DNA of 64,000 bases from Myxococcota bacterium (GCA_040386535.1 JAZKFH010000002.1:1-64000); one strand, 5' to 3'. Positions 36,094 to 46,297 are shown, counted from the first letter of the stretch. Made by a program: numbers and translations. Notes: generated by a model from the letters alone, not told the origin.

Positions 36094-37287
36094 TTATGCG
36101 GTGGGCGGCCCGGCGTCAACGTCGGTGCGGGCGTCGTCACGCGCGCGCTCCAACGCGGCGTACCACGCGGACACGCCATCGAGGCCGAGCGGGTCGACGT
36201 CGAGGAAGAGGCTGGCGGTCACCGCCGCGTGTTCGGCGAGGAACATGGCCGCTCCGAGTGAGCGCGCATCGAGGCCCGGGAGCCGCACCCGGAGGTAGGG
36301 GACGTTCTCTCGGTCGAGCAGCGTCTGGAGCGCCCGGGACTGGACGACCGCCTCCGCGGCTCCCCTCCCCGACTCTCCGTCGGTCACGTCCCAGAGGGAC
36401 ACGTGCTTGTCGCGCGGGCCGAGCAGGAGGACCTGGATGAGCTCCTCGTCCCCGACGATGCCCGACACGCCCGCGGCGCCCTGGTGCCGCATGACGCCCT
36501 CGACCGGGACGGAGTCGGCCAGCACGGCGCCCCACATGCGCACGAGCCAGCGGGTGAACGCCTCGAGGCGACCCGACGTGGCGATGTGCACCGGGATCGA
36601 CACCCCGAGGTCACGCTCGAGGAAGACAGTCGTGAGCGCGAACGTGTAGGCGGGGTTCTCGAAGAGCGCCGGGCGCTCGCACGCCTCGACCATGTCGCGC
36701 GCGCCGAGGTGCACGGCCTCGATGTCGACACCGGCCCACGCGGCGCACACCGCCGCGGCGGCGCCGAGCCCGCCGAAGCGACCGTCGCCCGCGACGGGGT
36801 CCGAGATCCACCAGCCGTTGGGGGGCGCGTCGTGGGTGCCGGCCCCCGCCATGGCGACGACGCGGCCCTGCCCGACGGCCCACTCCGCGACCTGGTCCAC
36901 CCAGGCCGGGCCCTCCAGCACGAGCCAGGCCACGTCCGGCGTATCCAGCGCGTCGAGCGTGGCGCTGTCGGGGCTGGAGACCCAGCGGGGCGACTCCACG
37001 CCTAGCGCCTCCGTGATGGCGCGGAGCGCGGCGATCGCGCCGGGCTGGCCGACCACAGCGAGCCGGGGCGCGCGACGGCGTAGCTCCGCCGCGATCTCGC
37101 GCGCGGCGGCGAGCTCGGCTTCGTCCGGCAGCTGGAGGTGGGGCCAACGCCCCGCCCCCGCGCCGGCGCGTACCACCTCGTGAACCTCGCGCAGACGGCC
37201 CAGGCCCGAGAGCAGGCGCCTACGACCGAGCCCACGTCCTTCCTTCCGGAGGAGGTGCGAGACCTCGACCACCACGTTGCGAATCAC
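36094..37287 (-). CDS. Glucose-6-phosphate isomerase-like protein, apparently catalytically degenerate
   Basis: GGAGG then GTG 37287; GRFG, ENPA, GPRDK, LGAAMF and VDP scaffold of PGI. Confidence 0.65.
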   Translation of the reverse strand: MIRNVVVEVSHLLRKEGRGLGRRRLLSGLGRLREVHEVVRAGAGAGRWPHLQLPDEAELAAAREIAAELRRRAPRLAVVGQPGAIAALRAITEALGVESPRWVSSPDSATLDALDTPDVAWLVLEGPAWVDQVAEWAVGQGRVVAMAGAGTHDAPPNGWWISDPVAGDGRFGGLGAAAAVCAAWAGVDIEAVHLGARDMVEACERPALFENPAYTFALTTVFLERDLGVSIPVHIATSGRLEAFTRWLVRMWGAVLADSVPVEGVMRHQGAAGVSGIVGDEELIQVLLLGPRDKHVSLWDVTDGESGRGAAEAVVQSRALQTLLDRENVPYLRVRLPGLDARSLGAAMFLAEHAAVTASLFLDVDPLGLDGVSAWYAALERARDDARTDVDAGPPTA

Positions 37288-37385
37288 CGCGTGCCTCCGA
37301 ACCGTCGTCCCATTCCGTGAACCGAACTGCCTGGACCGAACTGCCTTGACCGAACCTGCTGCGTACCGTCGCGCTACGAGCCCCG

Positions 37386-39107
37386 TCAGGGGCAGGCGAG
37401 CGTGATGGTCTCCGGGCGGCCGACCGCCTTGAACTTGATCTCTTTCGGCAGGTTGCAGGTACTTCCGTCCGTACCCACCAGCTTGAACTGCCGCACCCCT
37501 TCGCTCACCTGCACGGTGACCGGCATCGGCCCCATGTCGTGCCCGTCGACCACCACGCGGAAGCCGTCCGGCCCGTACACGTTCACCTGCCCGGTCACGA
37601 CATCGGGCTTGAGGTTGAACGGCACCGTGAGCTCGCGGACGCGGATGTTCACGTCGCGCACCTCGGTCTTGTACCCGGCGCGCACGACGCGCACCTGGTG
37701 GGCGCCGTAGGGCAGCTCGATGGTCACCGGGGTCTTGCCCTTCGCGGCCTCGTTCACGTAGACGGTGGCGCCGTCCGGATCGGTCACGATGCGCAGGAAG
37801 CCCGATGTGGGCGCCGTGGGGGTGCCCCAGACGCTGTCGGACGTGACGGAGGACGCCCCCGCGTCGGCCGTGACCGGGCTGGTCGTGCCGCCGCGCGTGC
37901 CGCTCGGTGCCGCGGGCGGGGTGTCTCGCGGGGTCGCGGCGGTCGCGCCCGTGGTCGTGCTCGTGCCGCGAGACGTCGTCGTGGTCGTTGTTGTCGTCGT
38001 CCGGCTCACCGGGGCGGCCGCGGTGGTCGTCGTGGCGGCGGGGACGGCGACCGGCTCGACCGCGGCTTCGACCGGCGCGTCCTCCACCGGAGCGGCTTCG
38101 ACCGGCACGACCGGCACGACCGGCGCGGGCTCGGCGGCGGCCGGGAGCACCTTGGTCGACGCGACCGGCGCGGGCTCGCGGCCGGCCGTGGTGTCGTCGT
38201 CGCTCGACATGGTCCACCAGAGGCCGACCGCGGCGACCAGGAGGAACGCGCCGAGGGCCAGCAGGCCGAGCAGCGCGACGCCGATGCCGGCGCCGCCGCC
38301 CTTCTTGCGGGCGGGCTCGTCGTCGAGGACCGAGCGCCCCGCGGGCGGATCCGCCGGGTAGGCCGTGTACATCGGTACCGTGGCCTTGCCGTCCTCGCTC
38401 TCCGCGGCGAGCGGCGCGTGGAACTTGACGGGCGGCGCGCCTCCGGTGGGTGCGTCGGCGGGGCCGGGCGGCGCCTGGAAGGCGGAGGCGAGGTCGCTCA
38501 TCGCGTCCGCGTCCAGCTCCGACGATGCCGGGGACGAGGTCACCGGGGGCGGCGGGGGCGCGGACATCGGCACGATGGTGCCGCTCGCCGAGACGATCGG
38601 TGCCGGCAGGTCGACGGGCGGCGGCGCGAGGTCCGCGGGAGGAGCGGGGGCCGCCCTGTGTGCCGGCGCGGTGCGCTCTTCGTAGTCGGGAACGGGCGCG
38701 GCGGGCTCGACCGGAGCCGCGACGGGGGCGGTTTCTTCCGGCGCAGGCACGACGTCAGCAGCGGGCGCGACCTCCACCGGGGCGACAGCGGCCGGCTCGA
38801 CCGGCGGAGCCACGGGCGGAATCGAGACCGGGGAAACGGGCGCGGGCGGCGCGACCACGACCGGAGGGGTGGGCGCGGCAAAACGCGAGAGGCGGGCCGG
38901 CTCCGGGAGATCGGCGCCGGAGACCATCCGCGCCTCGGGAGCATCGTAGGAGGAGGTGGACGACGCCGGCGCGGACACGGGCGGGCGGGGAGCGCTCGCA
39001 CGGGGCGGCGGCGGCTTCGGTTCGTACGCAACGAGCGGCACGCCGTCGTTGAAACAGAACTCGATCCAGTCCTCGTAGGTGCTCTGGCAGATCGGACAGG
39101 CCTTCAT
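37386..39107 (-). CDS. Zinc-ribbon / Pro-rich / TM / PEGA-domain protein
   Basis: CPIC and CFND, long Pro/Ala linker, TM helix, PDGATVYVN..GKTP PEGA repeats. Confidence 0.85.
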   Translation of the reverse strand: MKACPICQSTYEDWIEFCFNDGVPLVAYEPKPPPPRASAPRPPVSAPASSTSSYDAPEARMVSGADLPEPARLSRFAAPTPPVVVAPPAPVSPVSIPPVAPPVEPAAVAPVEVAPAADVVPAPEETAPVAAPVEPAAPVPDYEERTAPAHRAAPAPPADLAPPPVDLPAPIVSASGTIVPMSAPPPPPVTSSPASSELDADAMSDLASAFQAPPGPADAPTGGAPPVKFHAPLAAESEDGKATVPMYTAYPADPPAGRSVLDDEPARKKGGGAGIGVALLGLLALGAFLLVAAVGLWWTMSSDDDTTAGREPAPVASTKVLPAAAEPAPVVPVVPVEAAPVEDAPVEAAVEPVAVPAATTTTAAAPVSRTTTTTTTTTSRGTSTTTGATAATPRDTPPAAPSGTRGGTTSPVTADAGASSVTSDSVWGTPTAPTSGFLRIVTDPDGATVYVNEAAKGKTPVTIELPYGAHQVRVVRAGYKTEVRDVNIRVRELTVPFNLKPDVVTGQVNVYGPDGFRVVVDGHDMGPMPVTVQVSEGVRQFKLVGTDGSTCNLPKEIKFKAVGRPETITLACP

Positions 39108-39125
39108 CAGCAATCCTGGAGGGCG

Positions 39126-39158
39126 GACATCTGGGAGACATCTGGAAGACATCTGGGA
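39126..39158. repeat. Three tandem 11-bp repeats GACATCTGG(G/A)A
   Basis: 39126-39136, 39137-39147 and 39148-39158, about 20 nt upstream of the PEGA gene. Confidence 0.85.
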
Positions 39159-39350
39159 GATCAGGAACAGCCCGGCCGATCAGCACGGGGCGCGGGCCCA
39201 ACGATATCCGAAATGGGGACCCCGTGGGTGCCGGGGGTCCGGATGACGGGCCAAATCCGGCGCGGAGAGCGATCTCCTGACATCGAAGCGGCTGCCCGCG
39301 CTCGTCCGGATCGATCCCGGCAGGAGACCCTCGCGGCGCGGCGCGCGCGC

Positions 39351-40493
39351 TCACCCCCCGTGGGTGCGACGGAGGTGACGCGCGATGACGACGCGCTGCA
39401 CCTGGTTCGTGCCCTCCACGATCTGCATCACCTTGGCGTCCCGCATCAGCCGTTCGACCGGGTACTCGCGGGTGTATCCGTAGCCGCCGAGCACCTGCAC
39501 GGCGTCCGTCGTCACGGCCATCGCCGTGTCGGTGCTGACACACTTCGCCATCGCCGCGATGTGCGAGAACACGTGGCCGTGGTCCTTGAGCCACGCGGCC
39601 TTGTGCACGAGCAGACGCGACGTCTCCACCTTGCACGCCATGTCCGCGAGCATGAAGCCGACCCCCTGAAAGTCGATGATCGGGGTGTCGAACTGCTTGC
39701 GCGTGCACGCGTAGGACGCCGCGACGTCGAGCGCGGCCTGGGCGATGCCGACCGACGTGGCGCCGATGGTGATGCGGCCCGAGTCCAGCGCGCTCATCGC
39801 CACCCGGAAGCCGACGCCTTCGCGATCGAGGAGGTTCTCGGCGGGGACACGGGCACCTTCGAGGATCATCTCGACGGTCGGAGAGGCGCGGAGGCCCATC
39901 TTCTCTTCCTTCTTGCCGAAGGAGAGGCCGGGGGTGTTCGCCGGCACGAGGAACGCGCTCACGCCGCCCGCGCCGGGGCCGCCCGTGCGCGCCATCACCA
40001 CGTAGATGTCCGCGTAGCCGCCGTGCGTGATCCAGAACTTCGTGCCGTCGAGCACGTACTCGTCGCCCTCGCGGCGCGCGGTGGTGCGCAGCGACGCCGC
40101 GTCGGAGCCGCTGCCCGGCTCGGAGAGCGCGAAGGCGCCGAGCAGCTCGCCCGCCGCGAGGCCCGGCATCCAGCGCTTCTTCTGCGCCTCGTTGCCGTAG
40201 AGCGCCAGGATCACCTGCGGGAGCCCGCTCACCGCCACGCTCACCGCGTACGCGGGCGAGACCTTCGCGATCTCCTCGAGCACCAACGTGTACTCCACGT
40301 ACCCGAGGCCGAGCCCGCCGTATTCCTCCGCCGTTTGCACGCCGCAGAGCCCGGCGGCGCCGAGCTGGTGGAACAGGTCCTTGCGGTAGTGCTCCTTCTC
40401 GTCGTCCTCCTTCACGGTGGGCGCGAGGATCTCCTGGGCCGCGCTCCGGGCGGCCTCCACCAACGACTGCTGCTCTTCGGAGAGGACGAACAT
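39351..40493 (-). CDS. Acyl-CoA dehydrogenase
   Basis: FALSEPGSGSD, GTKFWIT, KMGLRASPT, GGYGY, IVEGTNQ. Confidence 0.95.
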   Translation of the reverse strand: MFVLSEEQQSLVEAARSAAQEILAPTVKEDDEKEHYRKDLFHQLGAAGLCGVQTAEEYGGLGLGYVEYTLVLEEIAKVSPAYAVSVAVSGLPQVILALYGNEAQKKRWMPGLAAGELLGAFALSEPGSGSDAASLRTTARREGDEYVLDGTKFWITHGGYADIYVVMARTGGPGAGGVSAFLVPANTPGLSFGKKEEKMGLRASPTVEMILEGARVPAENLLDREGVGFRVAMSALDSGRITIGATSVGIAQAALDVAASYACTRKQFDTPIIDFQGVGFMLADMACKVETSRLLVHKAAWLKDHGHVFSHIAAMAKCVSTDTAMAVTTDAVQVLGGYGYTREYPVERLMRDAKVMQIVEGTNQVQRVVIARHLRRTHGG

Positions 40494-40556
40494 GGCGGGC
40501 TCCGGTCGGGGCGCGCCTTAACCGCTCGGCGGAGCCGCACGGCGCCCGGAGTCGCC

Positions 40557-43142
40557 CTACACCGCCGCTTCGACGACCGCGCTCCCCTCCCCGTCCCAGC
40601 CCGCGCTCGGGCTGACCAGCCGCCCGTCGACCTCGACGTACACGTCGCGTCGCAACACGCGGGTGCGGTCGATGGGCAGGTCGAGCAGCGCGATGAAGTC
40701 CTTCGCCTTGCCGGGCCGCCCGTCGATCGAGCGGACGCCGAGGTCGATCGCGCCGTCCTCGCGGAGAACGAGGTGCCGCAACATGGCGCGCACGTCCACC
40801 GTGACGGTGCCCTGCTTCGCGTCGCGCACGAGCGGGAGGGCCGCGGAGTCGAGCAGTCGGGCGATCGCCGCCTCGAGGGCCGGGCGCGGAACGGGCGCGA
40901 AGATCGTGTAGTCGGCTCCCACGATCTCACCCATCAGCCCGGGCGCGCGCACGTCGACCTCGCCGACGCCGAGCACGAGCAGCCCCTTCGGCACCGTGGC
41001 GCGCAGCGCTTCGAAGAGCGCGCGGGCATCGACACGTTCGTTGAGCACGATGTCCATGTACTCGCCGGTGCTCTCCACTCCGACGGGCAGCGCCGAGGAG
41101 AAGTTGACCTTGGCGTGCGCGTGGAAGCCGCGGCTGTAGGCGAGCGGGGCCTTCGCGCGGCGCAACGTGCGGATCCACGCGTCCGCGATCTCGAGGTGGG
41201 ACAACAGCCGCGCGTCCCCTTCGCGGCCGACGCGGAAGCGGAGCCGCATGATCGAGTCGAGCTCGACCTGCGGCTCGACCGGGGTGCGCTCCCACTTCTT
41301 CTCCACCTTCGCGCCCGCGATGTTGTCGCGGAGCATCGAGGCGCAGAGCTCGCGCTCCACGTCGATGACGCCACACTTGTGGCACTTCTTGTGGCGGCAA
41401 TCCGGCGCGTGCTGGAGCAGCGTCGCGCGGGCCCAGTCCTCCTGGAACCACTTCTTGGGGATGTGGATGTCGATGTGGTCCCACGGCAGGCGCTCGTCGA
41501 GCTTGCGCTCGCGCAGGGCGAAGGGCACGTCGAAGCCGACCTCGGCCACGGCCTCCATCCAGAGGTCGTAGCGGAGGTGCTCGCTCCACGCGTCGAACCG
41601 GCAGCCCTTGCGGAAGGCGGCCTCGATGAGGTCGGCGGCGCGCCGATCCGAGCGGCTCACGAGGCCCTCGATGAAGGTCTCCTCCGCGTGGTGGCGGCCG
41701 AACTTGATCGCCTTGTTGCGCCCGAAGCGCTTGTACAGGATCAACTGCCGACGGTTGGTCTCCTCGACGTCGAGCTGCGGCGCCCACTGGAACGGCGTGA
41801 GCGGCTTCGGCACGAACGTGCTCACCCCGGTGTGCACCATCGCGTTCCGGTTGATCTTCTTGCCCGCGGCGACGGTGCGCTCGCAGAGGTCGGCGATGGC
41901 GAGAACGTCGTCATCCCGCTCGGTTGGGAGCCCGATCATGAAGTAGAGCTTCACGTGGGTCCACCCGCGCTCGTACGCCTGGGCGCTCATCGTGAGGAGC
42001 TCTTCGTCCGGGATCCACTTGTTGATGACCGCGCGCAGGCGCGGGCTCGCGGCCTCGGGCGCGAACGTCAGGCCGGTGCGGCGGGTCTCCGCGACCATGT
42101 CGGACAGCTCCACCGAGAAGCTGTCGAGGCGCAGCGACGGCAGGCTCACGGTGACGTGCTGCTTCTTGGCGCGCGCGGCCAGCGTCTCCACCATCCCGCG
42201 CACCTGCGAGTAGTCGCAGGTGGAGAGCGACACGAGCGACACCTCCTCGTACCCGGTGGCGTCCAGCGTGCGCTGCATGAGCGAGTTGAGGTTCTCGATC
42301 GTGCGCTCGCGCACCGGGCGCGTCGTCATGCCGGCCTGGCAGAAGCGGCACCCCTGGGTGCAGCCACGCAGCACCTCGAGCGAGATGCGGTCGTGCACCT
42401 GCTCGGTGAAGGGCACGATGTAGTTGACCGGGAACGTGGCCCCGTTCAGATCCTTCGTCGTGCGCTTCTTGATCGGCGGGGCGCCCAGCGACGGCAGGAT
42501 CTGCCCGTCGGGCATCGTGTCGAAGGGGTAGAACGCCGGGACGTAGATGCCCTCGATGGCGGCGAGCGCGCGCAGGCGCGCGTCGCGACCCTTGTTTGCA
42601 CGGAGCGCGGCGGCGATCTCGAGGACAATGTCCTCCCCGTCCCCGATGACGAAGAAGTCCATGAACGGCGCGATCGGCTCGGGGTTGAAGACCGCGGGCC
42701 CCCCGGCGAACGTGAGCGGATCCGACTCGCGACGATCCTTCGTCCGGAGCGGGATGCCGGCCAGATCGAGGATGTTCAGGATGTTCGTGAAGGTCAGCTC
42801 GCTCTGGAGCGTGAACCCGATGCCGTCGAACATGTCGAGCGAGTCCTTCGACTCGTTCGCGAACATCGGGAGCCCACGCTCGCGCAGGATCGCCTCCAGG
42901 TCCTTGGCGGGCGCGTACACGCGCTCGGCCCACACCCCGTCCACGCCGTTGAGCACGGCGTAGAGGATGTGGAGCCCGAGGTTGCCCAGGCCGATGTCGT
43001 AGAGGTCCGGAAAGCAGAGGGCGAGCCGCAGATCGACCGTCGCGGGGTCCTTGTGGACCGTGTTGACCTCCGTGCCCAGGTACCGGCTGGGCTTCTCCAC
43101 CCGGGGGAGGATGTCTTCGGAGAGGACGGTAGCTACGTTCAT
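40557..43142 (-). CDS. TIGR03960-like B12-binding radical SAM protein fused to a TIGR03936-like domain
   Basis: VEKPSRYLGTE, CTQGCRFC, FAPEA, PKPLTPFQW; C-terminal LSHLE..YSRGFH..ALPVGVES. Confidence 0.9.
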   Translation of the reverse strand: MNVATVLSEDILPRVEKPSRYLGTEVNTVHKDPATVDLRLALCFPDLYDIGLGNLGLHILYAVLNGVDGVWAERVYAPAKDLEAILRERGLPMFANESKDSLDMFDGIGFTLQSELTFTNILNILDLAGIPLRTKDRRESDPLTFAGGPAVFNPEPIAPFMDFFVIGDGEDIVLEIAAALRANKGRDARLRALAAIEGIYVPAFYPFDTMPDGQILPSLGAPPIKKRTTKDLNGATFPVNYIVPFTEQVHDRISLEVLRGCTQGCRFCQAGMTTRPVRERTIENLNSLMQRTLDATGYEEVSLVSLSTCDYSQVRGMVETLAARAKKQHVTVSLPSLRLDSFSVELSDMVAETRRTGLTFAPEAASPRLRAVINKWIPDEELLTMSAQAYERGWTHVKLYFMIGLPTERDDDVLAIADLCERTVAAGKKINRNAMVHTGVSTFVPKPLTPFQWAPQLDVEETNRRQLILYKRFGRNKAIKFGRHHAEETFIEGLVSRSDRRAADLIEAAFRKGCRFDAWSEHLRYDLWMEAVAEVGFDVPFALRERKLDERLPWDHIDIHIPKKWFQEDWARATLLQHAPDCRHKKCHKCGVIDVERELCASMLRDNIAGAKVEKKWERTPVEPQVELDSIMRLRFRVGREGDARLLSHLEIADAWIRTLRRAKAPLAYSRGFHAHAKVNFSSALPVGVESTGEYMDIVLNERVDARALFEALRATVPKGLLVLGVGEVDVRAPGLMGEIVGADYTIFAPVPRPALEAAIARLLDSAALPLVRDAKQGTVTVDVRAMLRHLVLREDGAIDLGVRSIDGRPGKAKDFIALLDLPIDRTRVLRRDVYVEVDGRLVSPSAGWDGEGSAVVEAAV

Positions 43143-43232
43143 GCGCGCGCACTAACGCGGCGGGGACGCCGGAGACATCGGCGGGGAGCGCGCGGCGGCG
43201 CGAGACAACGATCGGCGGGGTTAAGCGCCCGC

Positions 43233-44729
43233 ATGCCCCCGATTGGCGAGACGATCGCGCGCCGACGCGTATTCTGGTTCCTCATCGTCCTCGTGGTCGG
43301 GCCGACGCTCGTGCTCGCGTTCTACGGGCTGACCGGCCTGAAGGACCAGCGGGACGCCACCGAAGCGCGGCTCCGCGAGCGGTACATGCTCCAGGCGCGG
43401 GTGCTCGAAGGCGCCATCATCGCGCAGCTCGCCGAGGAGGACGCGCAGCTCCGAGAGGCGCTCGCGCGCCAGGCGCCCGAAGGGGTGCCCGGGGCGCTCG
43501 CCACCCTCGTGTCCAAGAGCGTGGTGATCCGCGACGCCTGGGTGGTCGGCGCCGAAGGGGCGCCCCGGGTGGACGCGGCGGCGGAGGGGCTGTCGGTGAC
43601 CGAGCCCGTCACGTTCGTCTCCACCGAAGACGACGGGCGTCTGTCGACCGTGGCCGTGTCCCGCGTGCGCGAGGGGCTCACGATCGCCTACCGCATCGAT
43701 CCCGACGCGATCGACGCGGTCATCATCCCCGCGCTGGTCGGCAGGCAGTTCCCCTCGGAGCGCGCGCTCTACGGGCTCCGGGCTGCCACGCGCGAGCAGG
43801 CCGGCGAGCCGGTCTCTTTCGAGCGCCTGCGGCGGAACCTCGCGGAGAACCTCGCCGAGTCCGAGCCGACGATCGACCGCACGATGGCCCCGCCCTTCGA
43901 GCAGTGGCGGATCACGGTCGTGCCGCCGGAGGCTCCAGGGGCCGGTTCGAGCGCGGCGGTCATCTGGACCGTGCTCCTGCTCGCCGCCACGACCGTCACC
44001 GGCGTGGTGCTCATGGGGCGCGCCGTCGTGCAGCAGGTGCGTTTGTCGCGGCTCCAGACGGACTTCGTCTCCAACATCAGCCACGAGCTCCGCACGCCGC
44101 TCACCAGCATCCGCCTCTTCATCGAGACCCTCCAGAGCGGGCGCGTGAAGGACCCGGAGAAGGTGCGGGAGTGCCTGGACGTCATCGCGACGGAGAGCGA
44201 GCGCCTGACCCGCAAGATCGAGCGCGTGCTGACGTGGGCGCGCATGGAGGCCGGGCGTCGCATCTACGAGTTCGAGATGGTGCGCCCGGTCGATCTCGTG
44301 CGCAGCTCGCTCGAGGCGTTCCGCGCCCAGCAGCTCCACGGCGAGGCCAAGGTGAGCGTGCAGGTGCCGGACGACCTGCCGCTCGTGCGTGTCGACACCG
44401 ACGCGATGGCCGACGCGCTGCTGAACCTCCTCTCGAACGCCCGCAAGTATGGCGGCGAGGACGTTCAGATCCGGGTGCTCGGCGCGGTCGAGCGGCGGTG
44501 GGTCGTGCTCTCGGTTGCCGACAACGGCCCCGGCATCCCCCGCGACGAGCGCAAGCGCATCTTCGAGAAGTTCTACCGGCCGGACGTGCTCGTCTCGCGG
44601 CGCACCGAAGGCAGCGGGCTCGGCCTCGCGATCGTCCACGCGGCCGTGGTGGCGCACAAGGGCCGGGTGGACGTGGAGAGCGAGGAGGGCCGGGGCGCGC
44701 GGTTCACCGTTCGGCTACCGCGCGCCTGA
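43233..44729 (+). CDS. Sensor histidine kinase
   Basis: Two TMs, SHELRTPL, NLLSNARKY, DNGPGI, GSGLGL. Confidence 0.93.
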   Translation: MPPIGETIARRRVFWFLIVLVVGPTLVLAFYGLTGLKDQRDATEARLRERYMLQARVLEGAIIAQLAEEDAQLREALARQAPEGVPGALATLVSKSVVIRDAWVVGAEGAPRVDAAAEGLSVTEPVTFVSTEDDGRLSTVAVSRVREGLTIAYRIDPDAIDAVIIPALVGRQFPSERALYGLRAATREQAGEPVSFERLRRNLAENLAESEPTIDRTMAPPFEQWRITVVPPEAPGAGSSAAVIWTVLLLAATTVTGVVLMGRAVVQQVRLSRLQTDFVSNISHELRTPLTSIRLFIETLQSGRVKDPEKVRECLDVIATESERLTRKIERVLTWARMEAGRRIYEFEMVRPVDLVRSSLEAFRAQQLHGEAKVSVQVPDDLPLVRVDTDAMADALLNLLSNARKYGGEDVQIRVLGAVERRWVVLSVADNGPGIPRDERKRIFEKFYRPDVLVSRRTEGSGLGLAIVHAAVVAHKGRVDVESEEGRGARFTVRLPRA

Positions 44730-44736
44730 CACGGAG

Positions 44737-46134
44737 CTACTCGTCGATCTCGACGACGAACGACACTTCGGCGGACCGGACGGGCTGGGCCAGCGAGGAG
44801 TGGTCGTTGTTGACGAGCTCGAGCCACGCGGTGTGCGTGCCTTCGGAGAGGCCGGTCACGTTGACGGTGCTGGTGGCGCTGTAGTTGTGGTACGCGCCGT
44901 CGACGAACACGTGGTAGTGCCCCTCGCCGTCCACGTTCTCGGACTCGCCGACCATGTCGGGATCGAGCGTGAAGTTCTCGACCGCCGCGCCCACGGCCAA
45001 CGCGTCGGACGTGACCTCGCCCTCCGCGGGGCTGGTGACCATCACGTCGGGGCGCAGCTCTGCCACCGTGAAGCGGGCATAGTCGGCGCCGCCGATCTCG
45101 GTGTGGTCGTTGTCGGCGAGGCGGACCTCGACCACGTGGGCGCCGGCGGACATGTGCGTCAGGATCGCGGACTCGTCCGCGTCGTAATCCTGGTACACGC
45201 CGTCGAGGTACACGTGGTAGTGGCCCGCGCCGACGACCGGGTCGCCATCGACGTCGTCGGGGCTCAACGTGAAGTTCTCGACCGACACGGGCACCGCGAG
45301 GGATGCGCTGTTGATCTCGGTGCCGGCGAACGTGCTGTCGTCGATGGAGATGCCGTAGGCATCGGCCATGACCTCGACGGACACGGTCGAGGAGACCACG
45401 GGGTCGAGCGAGGTGTGGTCGGAGTTCACGAGCTCCACCGTGAGGTCGTGCGCGCCCACGGACAGGTCGGGCGCGGTCACGCTCGACGCGTCGGTGCCGT
45501 AGTCGAAGTACGCGCCGTCGACCAGGAGGTGGTAGTGCCCCTCGCCGAACGCCACGGCGCCGCCGACATCCTCGGACATCGCGAAGTCGGCGATCGAGAG
45601 GGTCAGGCGCGTGGAGGAGGTGCTGAGCACCGTGCCGTCCGCGGGCGACGTGATGACGACGCTCGGCGCGAGGACGTTGACCACGACCTCGTCCATGAAC
45701 GTGGACACGGTGTGGTCGTTGCCGGCGAGCACCACGCCGAGGGTGTGCGCGCCGCTCGCGAGGCCGGTCACGGTGTAGGTCGTGGCGGCGGTGGCATCGA
45801 GGTAGGCCCCGTCCACCAGGATGTGCACGTGCCCCTCGCCTTCGACGGGCGTGAGGTCGCCGTTGGCGAGCGCGTCGGCGTCGAGGACGAAGTCGCCCAC
45901 GTCGTAGGCGAGCGTCACGGACGAGTAGCTGCTGGTGCCCTCGGCGGGCGAGGTCAGCGCGATCGAGGGGGAGTCGACGTCGGTGTCCGTATCGGTGTCC
46001 GTGTCCGTGTCCGAGTCCGTGTCGGTGTCCGAATCGGACTCCTCGATGGTGGGATCGGTGTCCTGGGAGTAGTCGGGATCCTCGGCGACGCCGGTACACG
46101 CGGCCAGCACGAAGAGGGGAAGGGCGAGTCGCAT
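44737..46134 (-). CDS. Lipoprotein with Asp-Thr linker and four His-rich Ig-like repeats (DUF4399/DUF6130-like)
   Basis: LAAC lipobox; four copies of GxGHxHxxxDG..GxH..NDH/SDH. Confidence 0.8.
   Translation of the reverse strand: MRLALPLFVLAACTGVAEDPDYSQDTDPTIEESDSDTDTDSDTDTDTDTDTDVDSPSIALTSPAEGTSSYSSVTLAYDVGDFVLDADALANGDLTPVEGEGHVHILVDGAYLDATAATTYTVTGLASGAHTLGVVLAGNDHTVSTFMDEVVVNVLAPSVVITSPADGTVLSTSSTRLTLSIADFAMSEDVGGAVAFGEGHYHLLVDGAYFDYGTDASSVTAPDLSVGAHDLTVELVNSDHTSLDPVVSSTVSVEVMADAYGISIDDSTFAGTEINSASLAVPVSVENFTLSPDDVDGDPVVGAGHYHVYLDGVYQDYDADESAILTHMSAGAHVVEVRLADNDHTEIGGADYARFTVAELRPDVMVTSPAEGEVTSDALAVGAAVENFTLDPDMVGESENVDGEGHYHVFVDGAYHNYSATSTVNVTGLSEGTHTAWLELVNNDHSSLAQPVRSAEVSFVVEIDE
45973..46040 (-). 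repeat. Asp-Thr/Ser hexanucleotide repeat
   Basis: DSDTDTDSDTDTDTDTDTDVD. Confidence 0.85.
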
Positions 46135-46297
46135 GGTCGTCTCCTGATGAGCCGGACAGTTTGCCCCAGTTGGGCCTCAGCTTGCAACCCCCGTCTTCAG
46201 AACGGCCCGCCTTCCGGACGACGCGCCTTCCGAACGACCCGCACGGACACCAACTCGCCACCTTGTACGACAATCGCCGTCGCCATAGGCGGGGTGG

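Noticed and set aside
37539..43232. 2396-aa + strand ORF as a giant protein
   Set aside because: Antisense shadow of three clear minus-strand genes; only the part from ATG 43233 (the kinase) is real.
43143..43232. Cobalamin riboswitch before the B12 radical SAM gene, or SAM riboswitch before yitJ
   Set aside because: The regions are too short and I saw no conserved riboswitch cores.
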